A stretch of 64,000 bases of DNA from Felis catus (lineage: Eukaryota), in NCBI RefSeq assembly GCF_018350175.1, contig NC_058369.1, forward strand, positions 17,176,001 to 17,240,000, read 5' to 3'. Each line of letters begins with the position of its first letter. Within the stretch, counting starts at the first letter, position 1. The notes beneath the pieces were generated by a model. That model searched no databases. It was not told the DNA's origin and worked only from the letters and a program-made list of their open reading frames with translations. Positions 1 to 12,850 of this stretch are shown in pieces. The position numbers and the translations under genes were made by a program.

Positions 1-2144
1 GGCAGAGAGAGAGGGAGACACAGAATTGGAAACAGGCTCCATGCTCCAAGCCATCAGCCCAGAGCCTGACGCGGGGCTCGAACTCATGGACCGCGAGATC
101 GTGACCTGGCTGAAGTTGGACGCTTAACCGACTGCGCCACCCAGGCGCCCCTGAGTACTTCTAATTCTAAAAGTCACTCCAAAGTCATCACAAATCCTAA
201 GTTTTTTTGTGCTTCAGTGTCTTCTGTGACATACAGTGGTAATAATACGTATTTCACAAGATTTTGTTGCAATTTAGCAAAGACTGGTGACAGGTACTCA
301 AACAATGGAGTTACTGATGCATTCTGAATGTCAGAACAAAAGATTAATCATCAGTATTCAATACTATCATTAGCTTAAGGTCTCTTCTGTAAGACTCTAT
401 GAAACCAGGGAGATCTTTACATCTCTCTAGAGGTTATCCCTAGTGAACAATCATGAAGCCAACCAGATTTCTGAAGAAAAACGGCAACTGAATGTTCAGT
501 ATCAACTGTAGGAAAATACGTAAGTTTCTTCCAGGATGAGCTGGTAGCAAGAAGAATATAGCTAATTCCAGCTTGAAGGCAATAGCCAACAGGCTAATTT
601 GTTCCATTTTTGCCTTCTAACATTCCACATGTAATTAAACTACACTTGGGGCACCTGGATGGCTCAGCTGGTTAAGCATCTGACTTCAGCTCAGGTCATG
701 ATTTCACAGCTTGTAAGTTCAAACCCTGCATCAGGCTCTCTGCTGTCAGAAGAGTCTACTTTGAATCCCCTGACCCCCTCTCTCTCTCTCTCTGCTACTC
801 CCCGGCTCACTCGCGTGTTGCTTTCTCTCAATAATAAATAAAACTTTTAAATAAACTACATTTGACAGCCACTCCAATGAATAGTCCAGAAGAGAAGTGA
901 AGATTAAGTGACTTGTTCTAAATCCTAATGTTAAGTGAGAAGAGCAACCAGACTTGAGACAGTAGGGTCAGTATATGTAAGGACCATAGTAAATCTCCAA
1001 ATGTAAACAATATTAGAAATCCTTACTTCAGGGGCGCCTGGGTGGCTCAGTCAGTTAAGCGTCTGACTTTAGGTCAGATCATGATCTCACAGCTTGTGAG
1101 TTCAAGCCTCCCATCGGGCTCTGTGCTGACAGCTCAGAGCCTGGAGCCTCCTTTGGATTCTCTGTCTCCCTCTCTCTCTGCTCCTCCCCTACTCATGGTC
1201 TCTCTCTCTCTCTCTCTCAAAAATTAATAAATATTAGAAAAACTGGAATAGACAATATGAACCAAGAGCCTTAAAAATGTTTAAAAATTTTTTAAAAAGA
1301 CATCCTTGATTTAGGAACTCAGAAGATATTTTACTAATTACTGAAACATAATTCCACTGGCAATCTTTCTTGTAGCAGAAAGAAGAAAGATTATTTCAGG
1401 AGGCTTCTCAACTAACCCTAAGGATTAGTAACACTTTGTCACTCAAATGTTGTTTTGGAAACAGCATCTGGTTGTCCTCAGCTAGCTTACCATGATAAGG
1501 GTTTGCTTACAGTTCAGCCATGTGTAGTCACAAACCTACATGCAGTAAATACCCTAGGTCTCAACCTAACATGAGGCTCAAGGAGGGAGAGAAAGATGTC
1601 CGAAGATAGCACTGGTACGTGTGAATCAAAACAAAGTAAGCTTATGAGGAAAACAGAATTTTCCAGTTTGCATATACAAATACAACACATATCAAAGGGG
1701 CAGGCAATGAGGGAAGACAGGTTTACTGGAAACAATATTTGATATCCTACCAACAACTGTGTCATCAACTCCTACTCTGTTTGTGATTCAGACCACAGTC
1801 TCTTTAAATTACATAAGCACATTTCACAATAAGACTATAATAACTCCATACCAATGACTATTAAATGCTAATCTTAGATATACATGTGCATCAAATCACC
1901 ACATGGTACACCTTAAACTTCCACAATGTTATGTGTCAACTGTACCTCAATAATGTTAAATAGGAAAATGCTAGTCTAGGCTAAGAATTAGAGGTGAGTG
2001 GAAGAGAAAAAAACTTGGTACTGTAAGAACCAAAAAGAGATAACTCATTTAAAGCAGACATATACAGAAACTAAAAGACGTTATAATTGAGATTTATAAG
2101 AAGCTTACTACTACACACTTTTCTGAAGTGATCATGTCTATTAC

Positions 2145-2237
2145 CTGATGTCGTTTGATGATATCTTTCAATTTGTTAGCCAACTTCAGATCAATGTCTG
2201 GAATGAGGTAGATGCTGGGTCTGGTCAGACAATTGCT
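2145..2237 (-). CDS. SMARCC1: SMARCC1 coding exon 5 (93 nt, [31 protein letters not shown])
   Basis: Acceptor ctcttttttcttcctcag|AGC and donor CAG|gtaata. Hand-translated peptide matches BAF155. Confidence 0.96.
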
Positions 2238-3361
2238 CTGAGGAAGAAAAAAGAGATTTTGCAATTCTCTTGGTTTTGAAATGGTATCACATTACTCATG
2301 AATTCCCTAATGGCAAAAATTGACATTCAAAGCCACAGTGCTTAAAATAGGAAGATGTTTTTTAACATAGACTGCAGAAGTTTCATCTCAATATAAAAGC
2401 TAAGTGTTCAGCAGGCCACTTAATGTTATCCCCAGATCCTTTCTCTGCAGCTAAGTACACCCAAACAAAAAATGTTGGGAATCACAACCTAGAGAAATTC
2501 ATCATATTTTTCATTAAGGTACCACACTGACATATTGGTACTCCTATAGCCAATCTCACCTGAACTGACGTTAACAGCCCAAATCTAATGTAGAGTTTCC
2601 ACCTACACCTTTAACTGGTGGGGGGGCGGGGGGTAGGGCTCAGGGGGAGATGTCCATTTTGGCTCATTGTGTAAGTTACTTAAAAAACAAAGGCTGTAGA
2701 TTATAGCTCTTTTTCCCATTTCTAACACCTTACAAATAGCAGTGATTACAACATGCATATTTTAACTCCTCAAATCATCACCAAAAATCAACGTACTAAC
2801 CAAAAAACAGTTATTTCATCTGTGAGACAAGTTTCAGGCATTAAGTTTCTGATAATACCTAGCGAATTCTTGCCAGCTGCTTTTCCCCAGGAAGGCTAAT
2901 TCAGTTCAGTGATCATTAAAAACTACCAATCAATAAAAATATTAGGAAAGAAAAGAAGAAAATTAAGTGTTCTCTCTTCCATGTTATATCTACTTGGGGA
3001 AATAAGATCTATATTAATGGCACAACCATGAAACATATCCAAAGAAAAGGGCTATATAAATGAGTGACCAGTAGATTGAGAGTGTTTATGTTAGATATGA
3101 AAGAGATTCAAATAATGGATTAGTTGAAATAAAGAAAATACCATAGATTCTTTTGTCAGAAGTTTAGGATCAATATTCTATAAATGACAAGTTTTAGTCA
3201 TATTTTATAGCTCTAATCCCCCAAAACCCATAAAAATAATGGAACAATAGAGTTCAGAAATTTTTTCTTCCTTTGATCTTTTGGCAATGCAATAAAGCCA
3301 ATCACAGAACTGAAAGTATATTAAAGGAAAAAAATTTTAATAATTTAACTTCCTGAGTTAC

Positions 3362-3443
3362 CTGCACCAATGTTTTTTCAATATTCATAAACATTTCAAC
3401 GTTACGATCCATTCGAGATGGATTCTGTAGATCAAACCTACGC
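3362..3443 (-). CDS. SMARCC1: SMARCC1 coding exon 4 (82 nt, [28 protein letters not shown])
   Basis: Acceptor ttttcttctcttttag|G and donor CAG|gtaact. Lies inside ORF 3302..3517. Confidence 0.97.
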
Positions 3444-4034
3444 CTAAAAGAGAAGAAAATCATTAATTTGTTCTCTACCTTAAACAAAAGTAAAAGCTTA
3501 ATTTTAGCACTCAACAAAAACGAATTTGCAAAGATTCAGAAATTAAAATAGCACTCTAAAACCATATGAGGGTATTTTCTCAGTAGTGTAAGAAAGCAAG
3601 GTCAACATCACAAAATATTAAATGTTGTGACATTAAGATCCACTCCAGTCAAAATGAAGTACTAATTCCATGAAGTATCCCATTACCCTTAAATCTAAAA
3701 TATTTTACATCATAAAGAATAGGAACCCACAGATCTAAAGACAGTGAACTACTATACCATTCTTTAAGTGTAAGGAAAGTTTATCTACTTTATATGTGCT
3801 TCAAAGTCATTTGTTCAAATTCAACAGTGTCTGTGCTCTCTTTGAGCCTACTATTGCCCTAAATGTGGTAAAATTCATCTATTTACCTTTTCTCTTTTCT
3901 TGATGTCTTTTTAAGTACCCAAGCATAACATTCTGCTATTGTCTGCCTATTCTCAGTCACTTCCACATGATTCAATTTTTACAAATCTGAATGTTTCTTT
4001 TTCCCTATTTTTTATTCAACACTAACTTTAATTT

Positions 4035-4260
4035 TGCTCAGTGATTGAGAGTGTGTGCACTGTGGAGTCAAATTGCTTTGGGTTCTAATCCTGACCCCAT
4101 TTTTATTTATGTAGTCTGGAGTGATTTACTGATCCAAGGATCAATTTCTTCATGAGTAACAATGGCCCATAAGGTTTTTGTGAAGGTTAAATTAGGTATA
4201 CATGCTAAGGGCTTGAGACAGTATTTATGCTTAGTCTCTAAGTGATTAATCAATGTTAAA
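4035..4260 (+). mobile_element. MIR remnant (others at about 200-310, 34600-34780, 37375-37610, 42840-42990)
   Basis: ggagtcaaattgctttgggttctaatcctg...gtttttgtgaaggttaaatta MIR core pattern. Confidence 0.6.
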
Positions 4261-7200
4261 CTACGGTTATAACATTCTTAAATCATTACTACCACGTGCT
4301 AGCTAGGATTAGGCAATCTGCGTCTAGAGCTCATGCTCTCTTAGATCATCCTGTTTTATCCTGGAAATGCTCCCCACACTTCCAACCATTTTTCCCCACT
4401 CTGCAGCCTTTCTTGGATGTCACTACCTACTCCATGGACCTGATACTATCACCTCCAGGGCCTATCACAAGCCATTTTCCCTACGAAGTTATTCCTGTCT
4501 TCTGTCATGTTCCTAATATATCCTGTGCACACTGCTGTTACGGGCCCACAACAGAATCATCTTGTTTGTAAGACATCTCATTTGATGCCTTCAGAGCAAA
4601 GACCAGGTTTTTTGAAAATTGTCCTATGTATCCTTAGTGGCTAACAGAATGTGTGGCTTTATAAAGCAAACCATTCAGGAAATTTTTATTATGACTAAGG
4701 TCTAATATTTATTATGACTTTTTCATTAGTGTGCTAGGACAAGACTGAAATGTTTCCTGAAGAATTCCAATTCGGAAATTAAGCAAAGTGTCCACTAAAG
4801 CCCAGAAACAGGTAATTCAGAATAGAAGTAGTTGCAGCTTCAAAAATGGCATGTACATGTAAGAGGGACCTTTGTCCCAAGTAACTATATCTTGATTTAA
4901 CCTTGGTACACAGAACTTTTTCTTAAACTCCATTTTTGGGGTTGTTTAGTATTCTCCTTCCCTAACCTCTTCCAAGCAATTTCCATTAACTGGCAGAACA
5001 AAAGAAAAACACACGACTAACTAGGACAACCCTATTAGAGCAGACAGGGGTTCTTTCAGCAAAACAAAAGGAGAGACATGTGAGTGTCTCCCCTTTCTAA
5101 AGAAGGGGTCACAAATAGGCTTCTGATAACAAAAGAACTATGTCTAAAAATGTCTCACTTCAGAGTGGCTTACTTAACCCTTTACCCATTATTCATAAAC
5201 TGCTTCCTTACTAAATAAATAAATGAGGCTGATGCACCTGGGTGGCTCAGTAGGTTAAGTGTCCGACTTCGGCTCAGGTCATGATCTCATGGTTCGTGAG
5301 TTCAAGCCCCGCGTCGGGCTCTGTGCAGACAGCTCAGAGACTGGAGCCTGTTTTGGAATCTCTGACACCCTCTCTCTCTGTCCCCCCTGCCCCCACTCAT
5401 GCTTGATCTCTGCCTCTCAAAAAATAAATGCTAAAAAACAGAAAAATTTAAAAAATAAATGAGGCTAAAGGAAATTATCTCTCCTAGAAATCTGAGAAAT
5501 AGTTTGAAAGTAGCCGTTAAACAAATTAAAATAGGATTGCCTGGATTTACCTGCAAATGAAGATGAAAAGCTAAATGCATCTGGTAATAGAATCAAGAAT
5601 TTATTCTAGCTTTCTGATTATTGGTGAGTTAAATTTCTCAGTACTCCAGCTAATAAGTGAAGAAGGAATGAGAGAATAACAGTCTTACAAAAAATTACTA
5701 AAATAAGGAGCTGTATCTATACATTATAATATCTACCTTTAAAAAAATTTTTTAAGTGTTTTATCTTAGAGACAGAGAGAGAGGGAGGGAGGGAGGGAGA
5801 GGGAGGGAGGGAGAGAGAGAGAATGAGTGGGGGAGGGGGCAGAGAAAAGGGGAGACAAAGAATCTGAACCAGGCTCCAGGCTCTGAGCTGTCAACACAGA
5901 GTCCCACACAGGGCTCAAACTTGTGAACCACGAGATCATGACCTGAGCCGAAGTCAGACACTTAACCGACTGAGCCATTCAGGCACCCCTACAATATCTC
6001 TTTTCTATTTTTTTTTTCAAAATATGAACACTACCACTTAATAACATTGTAATGACAGCATGATTCTTCTAGGCACTGAACATCAGCTTCTGTCTATTAA
6101 AGCAGAAACAAGATATTATATGTCTCCAGAGAAAGGAACAGCACAGTGTCTATGAAGTACTGTTGCCAAAAACAAAACAAAACAAAACAAAACAAAATCA
6201 GACTAAGCTTCTAACTACCACATTTCTAGAAATTTAGAAAGACTATGGTAAATAATAAACTAGGGACATATCAGCAAAATCTAGAACACAGAACATTCTA
6301 TAAGAAAATTTGTTTCTGTAAAAAAAAAACAAAACAAAACAAAACAAAAAACTTGGAAGGATAAGAGCAAATGGAAAACTATTAATTTTCTTAAAGAGAC
6401 TTAGTCATATCAATCAAATGCCATATATGACTCGTTTGAATACCATCCATGAGATAATCAGGGAAACTTGAACACTAAGGGGGTATTTAATAACACTGAA
6501 ATTTTTTTTTTAATCTTATTTATTTTGATAGAGAGACAGAAAGAGCAAGCAGGGGAGGGGCAGAGAGAGAGGGAGAGAGAGAATTTCAAGCAGGCTCCAT
6601 ACTGTCAGCGTGAAGCCGAATGCAGGGCTTGAACTCACAAACCACGAGATCATGAGCTGAGCCAAAACCAAGAGTCGGATGTTTAACTGACTTAGCCACC
6701 CAGGTGCCCCATAACACTGAAAAATTATTGATAATTTTCTTAGTTGATAACAGTACATTACTATGCTCTTCAAAAAAGTCCTACGTTTGGGTGCCTGGGT
6801 GGCTCAGTCGGTTAAACGTCCAACTTCGGCTCAGGTCATTATCTCCTAGTTCATGAGTTTGAGCCCCATATTGGACTCTGTGCTGACAGCTTGGGAGTCT
6901 GGAGCCTGTTTCCGATCCTGTGTCTCCCTCTCTCTCTGCCACTCCCCCCACTTGCACTCTGTCTCTCTCTCAAAAATAAATAAACATTAAAAAAAATAAA
7001 AAATAAACCAATCTTATACTTTTCTTTTTAATTTTTTTTAACATTTATTTATTTTTGAGACAGAGAGAGACAGAGCATGAACGGGGGAGGGTCAGAGAGA
7101 GGGAGACACAGAGTCTGAAACAGGCTCCAGGCTCTGAGCTGTCAGCACAGAGCCCGACGCGGGGCTCGAACTCACGGACCGCGAGATCGTGACCTGAGCC

Positions 7201-9944
7201 GAAGTCGGAGGCTTAACTGACTGAGCCACCCAGGCGCCCCCCCCATGCTTTTCAATAAGGGCACCTGGCTGGCTTAGTCAGTAAAGCATGTGACTCTTGA
7301 TCTTGGGGTCATGAGTTCAAGCCCCACGTTGGGCACAGAGATTACTAGTATATCTAGATGAAATTATATAAAGGAGATGAAAGTAAATGACAATTCACTG
7401 TATTATTCTCTCTGCTTTTACATATAGTTTATATTTTCCACAATAAATAATATTTTCTACAATAAATAACTAAAATGGTTTGCCAGACAATGACTTAATA
7501 ACATGACAGATGAAAGCTTTCCTGATTCAGCAGCATGCTATGTAAGCAAAAGAGGTATTTGGGGCACCTGGGTGGCTTAGTCAGTTAGGCATCCGACTCT
7601 TGATTTCGTCTCAGATCATGATCTGATGGTTGGAAGATCAAGCCCCGCATCAGGCTCCATGCTAAGTGTGGAGCTTATTTAGGGTCTTCTCTCTGTCTCT
7701 GTGCCCCTCTCCCTAGCTCATGCTCGCTCGCTCGCTCTCTCCCTCTCTCAAATAAATATTTAAAAAAAAATTTTTAACTAAAAAAAAAAACCTGAAATGA
7801 AGTCAGGTAAATATGGTATAACCTTTAGTTGAAAGATTTAATCTTACTTTGAAATTAACAAGAATATTTAAATAAGCTTTACTTTTTACAATATAGAAAT
7901 CTAGATGCTCAAACTTACCCACAAGAGAAATACAAATTAAAAAACTAAAATTATAAAGTCTTTTGGGGCTTGTTTTTTTAATTAAACAGGCTCCACGCTC
8001 AACGTGAGGTTTGAACCCATGACCATGACACCAAAAGTCGCGTGGTCTACTGACAGCCATCCAGGCACCCCCCTACAAAGACTTTTTGAATCTTAATGCA
8101 GCCCTATAGAAAAGGCCAAAAATGAACATGTTTCTCTCTAGCTTTTAAAACCTTTGGTCATGTAAAAAAATAAATAATAAATAAAACCTTTGGTCACTTA
8201 GACTGTAAATATGAGCTGTCCACTGAGAATTTAATAATTAATGAGTCTTCTGCTTTGTTTTCCTCTGGCAATCTGCTGGGCAATGTCTCCTAGCAGCCTT
8301 TCAACCTGAAGCATTACATACTGTGTCTAAAGGGCCTTCATTAGCTGTATTGCTCTCATTTTGCTGACTCTTGTGACTACAGTCAGGGATGCTCTCTTCT
8401 CATTCTCAGCTACATATAGAAAATCCAGTCTGAATAAAAATAATCAACAATGGATCCTGGAGAATGAGTTTAACTCCTGCGAGAGGGGTGTGAAGGGCTT
8501 CTGAAGCAAACTTCTAAAAGGCAAGACAGGATGCCTGGGTGAGGGGATGGGCGAAATGGGTGATGGGCATTAAGGACAAGCATTAAGGATGAGCACTGGG
8601 TGTTACATGTGAGTGATGAATCACTAAATTCTATTCCTGAAATCATTATTACACTGTATGTTAACTAACTTGGATTTAAATTTTTAAAAAATGGATAATT
8701 CTTCACAAAAGATCTAAACCATGTTTGTGCTAAAATGACAATCTCACTGACCAACATTTATCAAAATAAGGCCTGAGGACCACAGAGAGTGCTTTTTGAA
8801 AACGCAGACTCTCAGTTTTCACACCACACTTAGTAGTTAATAATGTATGTCATGAAGCCCAGTCATCTGTATTTTTTAAAGATATTTCAAGCGGGGGCGC
8901 CTGAGTTAAGCATCCAACTCTCGATTTCGGCACAGGTCATGATCTCAAGGTTCCTGAGATCGAGCCCCACAGGGGGCTCTGTGCTGACAATCAGAATCCC
9001 CTGCTCAGGATTCTCTCTCTCCCACTTTCTCTGTCTCTCTTTCCCTCTCTCACACACATGCTCTCTCTCTGATGAAAATAAACCTTAAAAGATAATAATT
9101 AATTAAAAGTACTCTGGTGCACTGGGTGACTGAGTCAGTTGAGTGTCCAACTTTGGCTCATATCATGATCTCATAGTTCATGGGTACAGGCACCATGTCA
9201 GGCTCACTGCTGTCAGAGCAGAGCCCACTTCAGATCCTCTGTCCCCACCACCCCCCACCCCTCCTCCTCTCATGCTTACACTCTTCCTCTCCCAAAAATA
9301 AATATTTTTTTAAAAAAAGGAAAAAATAAAAGTACTCCAAGGGATTCCTGAAGTTTAAAAGCCACTAGCAGAGACTAACTTTTTGTGGTAATATCTGAAA
9401 AACAAAAATCAAAAGGAGACTTTAGGGTGTGGGGGAGATAAAAGCCGAACAACCAAGTCTTACGGTAGAAAGAAAAGTAGGTCTGAGCTTGTCTGCAAGA
9501 AATGAAGGTCAGCAGCAAATCATGTCATAGGGGGAAAAAAGGCCACTTCTAAAGTTAAGACACAGCCTTAACTTTATGCTAAGCCTAGTTCACTACTGCC
9601 AAGCAAAACTAATAAAACACAGGACGCCTGAGTGGCTCAGCTGGTTAAGCATCCGACCCTTGATTTTGGCTCAGGTCATGATCTCAGTTTGTGGGATTGA
9701 GCCCCGGGTCAGGCTCTGCAATGCTCCCCCACCCCCTCTCTGCCCCTCCCCAACTCGCCTGTATGCACTTTCTCTCTCTCAAAATAGATTAAAAAAAAAA
9801 AACAACAAAAAACTAATAAAACAGGTGAACCTGGTGGCTCAGGTGGTTAAGCATCCAACTTCAGCTCAGGTCATGATCTCACAGTTCTGGGTTCCAGCCC
9901 TGCATCAGGCTCTGTGCTAATAGTGCAGAGCCTGGAGCCTGCTT

Positions 9945-10003
9945 CAGATTCTGTGTCTCCCTCTCTATTTCTGCCCCTCCCCTGCTCAAGCTCAAGCTCT
10001 GTT

Positions 10004-10045
<42 letters not shown>

Positions 10046-10101
10046 ATTCTGTGTCTCCCTCTCTATTTCTGCCCCTCCCCTGCTCAAGCTCAAGCTCTGT
10101 T

Positions 10102-10141
<40 letters not shown>

Positions 10142-10191
10142 ATTCTGTGTCTCCCTCTCTATTTCTGCCCCTCCCCTGCTCAAGCTCTGTT

Positions 10192-10241
<50 letters not shown>

Positions 10242-10320
10242 ATTCTGTGTCTCCCTCTCTATTTCTGCCCCTCCCCTGCTCAAGCTCTGTTTCTCTCTCT
10301 CTCTCTCAAAGTAAATAAAC
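9945..10320 (+). repeat. Four tandem units of about 96-100 bp derived from a CanSINE 3' half
   Basis: The unit cagattctgtgtctccctctctatttctgcccctcccctgctcaagct...(ct)n starts at 9945, 10043, 10139 and 10239. Confidence 0.95.
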
Positions 10321-12639
10321 ATGTAAAAAAAAAAAACTAACAAAACACAAACAAAACATTTTCAATCAATAACCTCTTTTGGGACACCTGGGTGGCTCAG
10401 TCAGTCAAACGTCTAACTCTTGATTTCGACACAGATAGTGATCTCACGGTTTGTGACATCAAGCCCAGCATCAGGCTCCACACTTACCTTGGAGCTTACT
10501 TAAGATTCTCCCCCCAGCCCCAACCCTCCCTGCTTGCATTTGCTCTCTCAATAAACAAACAAACAAACAAACAAACAAAAACAGACACCCAGAAAGATCA
10601 AACTCAAACACTCTGGAATCTTAACCTGTGTGGTCTATTCACAGAGATGCTAATAATTACCTGGTGTTTCTACTCAACCACATAAATGATACTCCAGCTG
10701 GACATCACTGAAAGCTAAAAGACAGCAGGAAGCAAGAAAGAACCAAACAGAAACAAGAGGCAGAGTGTTGGGCTGAAAGAAGGAAATGAGCAAACTCTGG
10801 AGCCAGACTGTGAGGTTCAAGAGGACACAAACTAGGTTCACAGGGCTAATGCTGTGTGTGAGGAAACTTCAGGCACTGTCAAGTTGACAGGCCATTCAGA
10901 CTCCAAATGGGTGGGTGGTTACTAAAATATGTACTGTCAGAGTGTAAGAGATCCATTCACTGCAAGTGTGTAAGTCACGGGAGGTGGGGAAAGGTGTGCA
11001 TTGCAGTTAAGTGTCTAATTACACCCCAAAGGGGAAGATTTTGGTACAATCTGAGTAAAAGTTTTGGGAAAATTCTTATTCCTCACTCCTCTTAAAGTCT
11101 ATTAATTTTATCCTTTCCTTCTTTTTCGGACCTTCTTTTAATTTAAGGACATTTTATTTTACATATCCTTCTAAACCACCTCAAATCCTTCCACATGAAA
11201 GTATTCTACTATACTGACACACAAAGCAAGTTCTGTAACATGTGACTTAGGAGAAGTCATTTCACTGTGGGACTGTCCTCTTCGAGTCCAGGTCAGGATT
11301 TGGGACACAAGCTGATCAAGAAATTAAGAAGAGAGTTCCATCTAGGAATCTAGAGCAAACGGTAGGGAACGGACCATGTATGACAGCAGTCAGACAGGCT
11401 GTCAGTCCTAGCTCGGGAACACCCTGTGAGAGTTACAGTACCACAGCCAGAAGCAGAGCTGCAAAACAGAAAGCTACTTCCGATGACAACACCCTCATGC
11501 TCGTTTCATCAATGAACCAGTATTAAACACCCACCTATACATAAAAAGTTTGGCAGATCTACAAATTATTGTAAATAATTTACTTGTAAACTTGTACTAC
11601 TTATTGATGTGGACACTTATTTACATTTCCCAGCCGTAAAACACCGGATTAGCTTAACTTTACAGGAGTATTCTCCTGGAAAGATGCTAAGATTGAACTG
11701 CGCACAGACAACACAACTAAAACCACGAAACGACTTCGAGTCTATATACTCCAGCATCCCCTTACCCTCTGCCAGAGAAAGGACTCCCTACCCTCCCTGA
11801 ACTCAGAACCATCACCTTGAAACACTCACTAGTCTCAGCAGCTCAACTTCCCACAAAGAGATGGCAAAAACCCCAGAGTTCAAGAGAGAAAAGAAAGCAA
11901 GCACCAGAGAGACAGTGTGAGAAAAGGGAAAAAGAAGAATGTAGGGAGAAGCAACAGCAATTCCCCTCCTTGCTGCATCACTGCCCTAGTAACCATGCTC
12001 CGGAGCCAGCTTCCTTTCATCCCTATCCTGAGGACACATTACACATCTCTCATTCTGAAGAAATGTTCATCAGCAAAGTGTTCACCATAGCAGTTAACAT
12101 TGCTATCTTTCGGGGGTGCCTGGGTGGCTCAGTCGGTTGGGCATCCGATTTCGGCTCAGGTCACGACCTCACAGCTCATGGGTCCGAGCCTCACATCGGG
12201 TTCTGTGCTAACAGCTCAGAGCGTAAAGCATGCTTCAGATTCTGCATCTCCCTCACTCTCTTCCCCTCCCCTACTCACGCTGTCTCTCAAAAATACATAA
12301 ACATTTAAAAAAAAACTATCTTTTGGCACAACTTAAGTTCACAATACATGTTCATACATTTCACAATGAACCTACCTTCAAATTTGCTAACAGTGCACGT
12401 TCATCTATTATATAGATACAACCATACATGAGAAATAACTTACCTAACAAGTGCAACAGTTGTCTGATATTTTTCCTGGATGTAGGAACAAAGTAAATTC
12501 GAATACCAGATAAAACTTTCACTTTGCAAATTATAATGTGCTTATAGAATTCTCTAACATCACACAAAGAAGGAAGAGGATTTAACATTAAATAACTTAA
12601 ATAACACATCAAAACATACAAAGTAACACAAAAACTTAC

Positions 12640-12725
12640 CATCCCTGTTCATTTTTATACTTGTAAGCAGCCCCAAGAATGTGACACAAGGTGCCTCCAG
12701 CTTTGAAATCCATGAAACATTTTGC
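12640..12725 (-). CDS. SMARCC1: SMARCC1 coding exon 3 (86 nt, AKCFMDFKAGGTLCHILGAAYKYKNEQG-W)
   Basis: Acceptor atttttag|GCA and donor ATG|gtaagt, phase 2 (Trp codon split TG|G). Hand-translated; not in the ORF track. Confidence 0.96.
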
Positions 12726-12850
12726 CTAAAAATGATACAAGTTGCACATGAGAAAAATAAAAGTTCTGACAAGATTACTCTGGGTATGTCTGAATTCAAA
12801 GTTTTATAAATGCAAAAGATATCAACAACTGCAAACTTAATAACCTCCTT

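Noticed and set aside
9879..10343. ERERER / SLSLSL repeat ORFs
   Set aside because: Translations of the (CT)n-containing SINE tandem array.
11817..12308. 163-aa ORF antisense to SMARCC1
   Set aside because: TTG start, low-complexity purine-rich middle, ends inside a SINE, no recognisable homology.
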